Shown: positions 41,510-47,234 of the stretch, piece by piece
Layout of the letters: every line of letters starts with the position of its first letter
Numbering within the stretch: position 1 is the first letter of the stretch
From: an uncultured delta proteobacterium
GTDB taxonomy: Bacteria > Desulfobacterota > Syntrophobacteria > Syntrophobacterales > Syntrophobacteraceae
NCBI GenBank assembly: GCA_963808625.1
Contig: CAWEHK010000012.1
Span: forward strand, 1 to 47,234
DNA: 47,234 nucleotides
Reading direction: 5' to 3'
Translations under genes and position numbers: made by a program
Notes under the pieces: model-generated
Told to the model about the DNA's origin: nothing
Database searches by the model: none
What the model saw: only the letters and a program-made list of their open reading frames with translations

Positions 41510-41655
41510 GTCCGATTTGCGCCCGGCGATTTGTTCTTGCGTCCGATTTGCGCCTGATCGTCGGACGATTGCGCCCGGTTTGCGCCCGATTTACGCCTGA
41601 TCGTCGGACGATTGCGCCCGGTTTGCGCCCGATTTACGCCTGATTTGCGCCTGAT
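41510..41655. repeat. Perfect 43-bp tandem duplication within an array of ~11-bp gcgccYgattt subrepeats
   Basis: cgcctgatcgtcggacgattgcgcccggtttgcgcccgattta at 41551-41593 and 41594-41636. Confidence 0.9.
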
Positions 41656-43213
41656 GCTCCTGTACATCCGTGTGAGGCGGGGGGATCATGGGAATATAGC
41701 GGGTGGCGCGTCCGGTACCTGTTTTTTCCAGGTAGCCCTTCTCCTTCAAATCATCAAGCATCCGCCATGCAGTGTCCCTGGATACTCCAAGGTTCTGAAC
41801 ACACCACGCGGTGGAGATGTGGCCGGTCTCCAAGGCGCCCTTCAAAGCCGCGTTCTGGCTCTCTGTCAGTTTCGGGTCAGGGGAATATTGTTCAGCAGGT
41901 AAGGGTTCAGCAGCCACTCCATGTGCTTCGACGAGCTTTGGTCGTGAGGCCAGCGTGACCGCAAACTCATCATCGATCAGGGCGAACCGGGGCAACGCGA
42001 GACCATGCCGCTGCATGATCTCCCGCATGCGCCGGATGCCGCTCCCGCGCTCATCCATCAATTCGAGCCAGGTCAATCCCTGAACCACAAGGGGGTTACG
42101 CGCTTTGGACCGTCCTTCTCCGCGCCCAATGCGCTCGATTCTCTGATTGCCCGGAGGAAGACCTGGGCTGGAGAAAACCACACGGTCGGCGAAAACCTCC
42201 ACGGTGATCTTCATGCCGGCGTTTTCATAATCGCGATGGGCCACGGCGTTCACGATGGCCTCCCGCAGCACCTCCTGGGGGAAGACTTCAGCAGCAACGC
42301 GACGAAGGCCTTCAACGTTAAGGGGCTGGGCAGTGTTGCGCCGGACAAAGGCCACCGCCTGTTCAATAGCCGCAGGGAGGGGTTCATCGACGAGAACACT
42401 GTCAAGAGGCCTGGCGTCGCGTTCTTCCCCAGCGTAAGCATCGAGCTGCACGCGCGCCTGGGGGAAGGATCTGGACGGCGATTTTGCCATGAGCAGCACG
42501 GCGGCGGCGGTCGGGCGATACAAGTTGGCTTTGGTGTCAAACCAGAGGTAGCTGCGTGACACGAGCGCCTGGGTGATCATGTTCTCCGTAAGCTTCTCGG
42601 GAGGTTTGTCCTCGGCGGCGGCCACCAGTTCTCTGGTCAAACGGGGCTCAAGGGCCGCGAAAGAGAGGTTGCGAACCCGCTGCCGTTCGAAATCGGATGC
42701 GCACCGAAGGGTTTCACGGGCTTGCGCAGTTTGCTGCAGGCTGGGCTCGGTTTCGAAAGTCCGTTCGAGATGCTCGATCAATCGCCCCCTCGCCTTCTTG
42801 AGCAGGTCATCGAGAGACCCAAAGCGGGTGTAGGTATGACCGTCTTTTCGCACTTCCTCGAGGAAGGCTTTTTCACCCTCTTCACGGTCCAACCCAGCAT
42901 CGCCTTTTACGCAAACCAGCGTCGGCAGCTTTTGCTGCTGGGCGAAGCGGTATTCCTGATGGGTGGCGGAAAGGCCGTCGGCCAGCGTCTGACCATATTC
43001 CTTGCCGATGATCAGAAGGTAGACATGGCAGGTCCGCAGGAGGTCGAGATAGGCTTGTTTATTGGGGCGAAGAGGTGCGGGATATTCCTCGAACAGCCGA
43101 GGCACAGTGCTCGAAGAAAGGAACGGGTCGGTCGCCAGGAGGCCCCCCAGCGCCGCCCGTTCCTCCTGGAGCTCCTTTTGCACGGAACTGATGAAAACCT
43201 TGAGCCGGATCAT
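41591..43213 (-). CDS. DUF4062 + HATPase_c_4 (RecG-C-like) + winged-helix protein
   Basis: KVFISSVQKEL.EER, YLLIIGKEYG, SATHQEY; LREAIVNAVAHRDY, RNP, DERGSGIRRM; VSRDTAWRMLDDL..KG.L.K.G.GRATRY. Confidence 0.85.
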   Translation of the reverse strand: MIRLKVFISSVQKELQEERAALGGLLATDPFLSSSTVPRLFEEYPAPLRPNKQAYLDLLRTCHVYLLIIGKEYGQTLADGLSATHQEYRFAQQQKLPTLVCVKGDAGLDREEGEKAFLEEVRKDGHTYTRFGSLDDLLKKARGRLIEHLERTFETEPSLQQTAQARETLRCASDFERQRVRNLSFAALEPRLTRELVAAAEDKPPEKLTENMITQALVSRSYLWFDTKANLYRPTAAAVLLMAKSPSRSFPQARVQLDAYAGEERDARPLDSVLVDEPLPAAIEQAVAFVRRNTAQPLNVEGLRRVAAEVFPQEVLREAIVNAVAHRDYENAGMKITVEVFADRVVFSSPGLPPGNQRIERIGRGEGRSKARNPLVVQGLTWLELMDERGSGIRRMREIMQRHGLALPRFALIDDEFAVTLASRPKLVEAHGVAAEPLPAEQYSPDPKLTESQNAALKGALETGHISTAWCVQNLGVSRDTAWRMLDDLKEKGYLEKTGTGRATRYIPMIPPPHTDVQEHQAQIRRKSGANRAQSSDDQA

Positions 43214-43484
43214 GACAACAGCCTTTCCGCCGGGGTGATCTGGCTGCCAAGCGAAATGCGTGAAAAGTGCTCGATCTCAGCGCTGAAAATCATAGTACTT
43301 CGTAACATCAACCAACTGCCTGTCGGGACGCTCTATGGGAGCTAAATCGTTGGAAGTAAACAACCTGCCAAGAGATGCTCCCAGCGTATGGACGGCACCT
43401 CGGCAGCGCTTTTTGCCTTCTTCCCGGCTTCCTCATCCCAGGCGCTCACTCCGCCTTCCACTCCGGCCCCATGGGGCGAGGGTT

Positions 43485-46400
43485 TCACTCATCCGCCCCA
43501 TCAGCCTCCGCTCCAGGCTCCGTTCGCTCAGTCCAGCCTGGACCTGCCTGCTTGTCAGACGGAACTAGGGCCACGCGGAAGCCCAGGTTGAAGTCCCGGT
43601 TCGACGGCTCGAACCCGCCCCGGCTCGCCGCACGGCACTCCCTGGCATCATCGTACCAGCCGCCGCCCCGAATCACCCGGATCGCGGCCTCATCAGGGCC
43701 CGTTGGGTTGACCACCAATTCCGCAGGATACCTCCCAAGCCAATCCGCACACCATTCCCACACGTTCCCCACCAGATCGCAAATGCCATCAGGAGTCACT
43801 CCAAGGGGATAGACGCCTACCGGGGTCGCATGCCCAATCTTGCTCTCCCTGTAATTAAGCCGGGATGGATCGGGCTCTTCATCCTCCCATGGATACTTGC
43901 GTCCATCACTACTCCGTGCAGCCCGCTCCCACTCAGCTTCAGTAAGCAGCCGGAGCCCCGCCCAACGGCAGTAGGCCGACGCTTCATTCCAGCTCACCCC
44001 AACCACGGGGCGCGACGGGTGCAACAATTGATCATCCCAACCCTCCGGCCCGGAAAATTCACCAAATCCACCTGCCTTCCACCAGCGCTCGTTTTCGTAA
44101 CCCTCATCGTCGATAAATTTCCGATACAGATCCACCGTGACCGGATAGCGGGCAATCGAGAAAGCATCCAGGTATACCTTGTGGACCGGTGATTTGCTGT
44201 AGACCTCATCTTTATGCAACGCGTCGGGATCATAGTTGGGTTTATTCCGGTCGCCATTCTGTGCTCCCATCCAAAACTCGCCAGCGGGAATAGTCACCCA
44301 GTAGTCATGGCGGTGACGGTCAAGGCGCGGGTCGCCAGCCTGCCCGAGGGCTTCCGCAGCCTCGATGCGGGTTTCAAGGGAGACGGTCTGCGACCCCTTG
44401 CGGTCGAAGATTGCCATTACCCGGTGCAGCAGGTCCTGGTACTGGTGATCCGGAGCCTCGTAAGCCACCGGCGCCAAGCCTAGCAGCATGGCCCCCATCA
44501 GCCCAGCACAGCGAGCCTGGTCGGCCAGCGGGGTGCTGCTCCCCGCGTTATCAAGCATCGCTTTCACCAGATTGTCCACTTTTGCCCGTCCCTGCTCGTG
44601 GAGGATTCCCGCAAAAAGCAACACTACCTCCCTCCACTCGGGCAGATACAGCTTGGCCGGCGGCCCCCACAGCAGACTGTACTGCAAGGCTTCGGGCCGG
44701 GCGGCAATGGCGCGGGCGGCAAGGAATTCCTGGAAGGTGCGGTGCCAGAATTGCACCTGGTTGCCCCGGCGGACCACGATGCCACTGTTCAGCTCCTCGT
44801 CTTCGAGAAACTTCTCAGCACGCGAAATCGCATTCTTGTCTACCTCGCCGCGCGTCCATTCACGGGCAATCTTTCTGCCGCCCAGCGTATTGGCACCCTG
44901 GTGCGCATGCCGTCCGGGTGGTTCTGCATGGCAAGGGCCAGTTCTTGCAGCAAGACTAGGGTACGGTCTGCCTTTTCGCGTCCCGGCCGTTGCTCGCGGG
45001 AGCGGGAGAGCCAGCGAATGATGGATTCGTAAAGATCGGTCCGTTGTTCGGGCAACCTGCGCTCATTCCAGTGCACGACCGCCAGCGCCGTCAGCATCAC
45101 CGGATTACGCGCCATGCGGTGAATCTCCGGCCTCGCTTTCAGCGCCAAAACAATTCCGAAAGCAGTCGCTGTCTGCGGCCTCGGGCTCTCCCGGTAGAGT
45201 GCATCGCACCAACGGGAAAGGAAGGTCTTCATCGCATCGTCGGAAAGAGGATCGGATGTCGAGGCGTGCTGCCGCACGCTCGGGCAGGATGACGCCTCCC
45301 GTATACCCCGCAGGCCGGCTCGTCACGACCAGACGGCACCTCTGGTAGCCCTTGCGGTGGTCTCGATCCACCGGGCAAGTCGCTCGTCGGGCGATGCTGT
45401 CCGCTGCTTCATCCAGTCCATCCAAAGGACGGACAGAGGCCACTTTCCAGTTGCCGGCGGAAGAAGTCAGACCCAGACCCCAGGCCAAATTCACTGCTAG
45501 GACGCAGCTAGGTAGTGCGGCAGCCAGGCTGGTGAATCATTCCGTTGACAGGGGCGGTTGGAGACCTTTCGGTGGCGCGAAATATACTCATGCAATTCAT
45601 TTAGACGCATTAGGATGGGAAACGTTTGCGTGGTGATCCCTAGACGACTTTGGCCGCATCGGGGTATGAAGCCCAGTTCGGTCTGGCAGAGCGCATGGGC
45701 AACCCGACGCACGAAAGTAGTCTTCCCGGCTCCCGGGTCGCCGACTACGACCAGCCGTTCGTGGCGCAGCGCATCCTGCAGCGGTAAAGCCCGGCCCTCG
45801 GGGAGGGACCTTCCCTTCCGGCTTCTTTCGTCCGAAGATTTGCGCCTGCTTTGGGCGGCGGTTTTTCGACGCTGCCAGCAGCTTGGGTTGCGGTAAGGGT
45901 GATGAAAAGGTCCTCGATGGGAAAGCGATGAACTTGCTGCTGGCCTGTCATCAAGCCGCGAATCTCAATGTGGCTGGTCTTGTCAAGCAAGTCCTGCAAA
46001 TATGCCGCGGGATCGGCAGTGGGCACCGACAGCTCACCCGGCGACAGGGGCGCGATGGAATACAAAACTTGCCGCAGATGCTCGTCGACCAATTCGGCAA
46101 AGCTCTCTTTCGAGCCTCTAACTCCTATATAGGTCTTGTAGAGCCCCCTCTTATCCAACTTCTTCATGAATCGCTGGACCTTTGCATATTGCTGCAAGTC
46201 CAGTTCTTCAGGGTTGATCTTTTCCCTACCGAAATAGAAGAGAATCCTGGGCTTCCCGAATGTCCCCCAACGGTTCAGCGCATCATTGAACTCTTTCTCC
46301 GTGCCCGATCCATAATGACCGGTGCGTGTGCCGAAGCGGTGCTTCATGATGCCGAGATAAATATCATAAGAGGGAAGCTGCCGGTCGACCACCTCTTGAG

Positions 46401-46591
46401 GTTCTCGGGCCGATCTGGGGAGCTGTATCTTCCTCCCATTTCCACAACTCGAGTCGCACTTTGCGCTCGGCGCCATCCGTCCGATTGGTGCGAGCAACGA
46501 CTTCATCCAAGGCTTTCCGCTCTTCTGAAACCTCGCTCGGCGAGGACACGAATACACGAATGATGCGCACTGTCTCAGGGTGTCCGTTCAT
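43485..46591 (-). CDS. DUF4062 - NACHT NTPase - FGE-sulfatase (SUMF1) protein, ~1,030 aa, multiple frameshifts
   Basis: RVFVSSPSEVSEER..., SGTEKEF; Walker A GDPGAGKTT (~45715-45745); Walker B LDGLDE; VTSRP; NPVMLT; FWHRTFQEFLAA; IPAGEFWMG, YPVT, RLLTEAEWERAAR, GNVWEW, RGGGW, GFRVA. Confidence 0.87.
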
Positions 46592-46708
46592 AACTCCAGT
46601 CTCCGTTTCACCGTTATCTGTAAGAGCATGCCGAAGAACGTCAAGTGATCAGCGACCGTGCGAGGACGGTGTTCGTGTCCCCCTAAAGGCAATGCTGTTG
46701 AATTAATG

Positions 46709-46814
46709 ATTCAGGAATTGAGGGATTCAGGGATTGAATTTGCGGAACCAAAACAATCTTTGCCTCGCGGCGCAAGAATTCCTCAATTCCTAAATCCCTC
46801 AATCCCTTAATTCA
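46709..46814. repeat. Inverted arrays of 8-mer aattYagg/ggattgag-type repeats
   Basis: attcaggaattgagggattcagggattgaatt ... aattcctcaattcctaaatccctcaatcccttaattc. Confidence 0.7.
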
Positions 46815-47102
46815 GTGGATACTGTCAAGGAGATTTACGCGCCGATTTTTTGGTAAGCAAGGGTTTTTTCCGGGGACTTCGGCAACCCCATCGACCTCGC
46901 TTTCAGGTGCTGGAGCATGGTATGTTCAGACCTTGGGCAGCTGCGGCAGTGGTGGAATAACGTGCTTATATTCTTGTCTGGCAGCCCTGGTAAGGGGAAG
47001 GTATCGATAGGCGAGTGTTCCCTCAATACCTGAGAGGTGATGGATATACCCAATGAAAATTGAGATTCGAACCGGACTACCTGGGGAACACCGGCGATCG
47101 GC

Positions 47103-47234
47103 ATGTTGAGCCTTCCCGCCTTGCTCAAGATCGTGCTGTTTCTGGCTATGTTCTTGGGACTTTCGTCTTGTCTCAACGTTCATCCGGCTCTGGCAGAGTC
47201 GCTTACGGCCAAAGAAATCCTTGACAGGGTGGCA
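47103..47234 (+). CDS. N-terminus of an exported protein (possibly LolA-like lipoprotein-sorting family), truncated by the window end
   Basis: MLSLPALLKIVLFLAMFLGLSSCLNVHPALAESLTAKEILDRVA: signal peptide ending ALA, then LTAKEILDRV. Confidence 0.55.
   Translation, partial: MLSLPALLKIVLFLAMFLGLSSCLNVHPALAESLTAKEILDRVA

Noticed and set aside
41510..41655. Possible CRISPR array
   Set aside because: Units are directly adjacent with no unique spacers, and there are no cas genes.
4199..46591. Frameshifts in ccsA, rdgB, wzc, the C25 gene, the SDR, DUF2950, DUF3300, VOC and NACHT genes as programmed frameshifting or mass pseudogenisation
   Set aside because: They are scattered single-base indels that also hit conserved housekeeping genes with otherwise intact motifs. 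Long-read error is the simplest explanation; polishing would decide.
46835..47183. Minus-strand ORFs of 113 and 85 aa at the right end
   Set aside because: No recognisable family; they overlap a more convincing plus-strand signal-peptide start at 47103.

Overview
47 kb window of a Desulfobacterota (probably Syntrophobacteraceae) chromosome. Many conserved genes carry single-base frameshifts, most likely long-read indel errors. Left to right: (1) a 3'-truncated 16S rRNA gene with tandem sigma70 promoters; (2) housekeeping genes: atypical flavin thioredoxin reductase, ResB/CcsA cytochrome c maturation, TatB/TatC, RdgB, NifU-like protein, degenerate SNase, tRNA-Val(CAC), EamA transporter; (3) an orphan Wzc tyrosine kinase divergent from a tightly coupled six-gene operon. 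That operon encodes a ~1,590-aa secreted Gly-rich protein ending in a gingipain-type C25 peptidase, a 61-aa two-Cys precursor-like peptide with a YEKPxI leader, an S24/S26-fold peptidase with Cys at the usual catalytic Ser position, an HprK-like kinase, a PqqD/RRE protein and a radical SAM enzyme. This is the best candidate for an undescribed (RiPP-like) system. (4) Hpt and a diguanylate cyclase, an internally deleted TrxB/AhpF relic, and a selenocysteine BCP peroxiredoxin (in-frame TGA plus SECIS-like hairpin) missed by the ORF track; (5) glnA, an Mla/Pqi-type ABC system, MscS, ApgM, DUF2950/DUF3300; (6) a putative conflict/defence pair, DUF4062-NACHT-FGE and DUF4062-HATPase-wHTH, where the FGE tail looks like a DGR variable region. 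Intergenic spaces hold several REP/MITE-like repeat families. All calls come from motif reading only; no searches were run.
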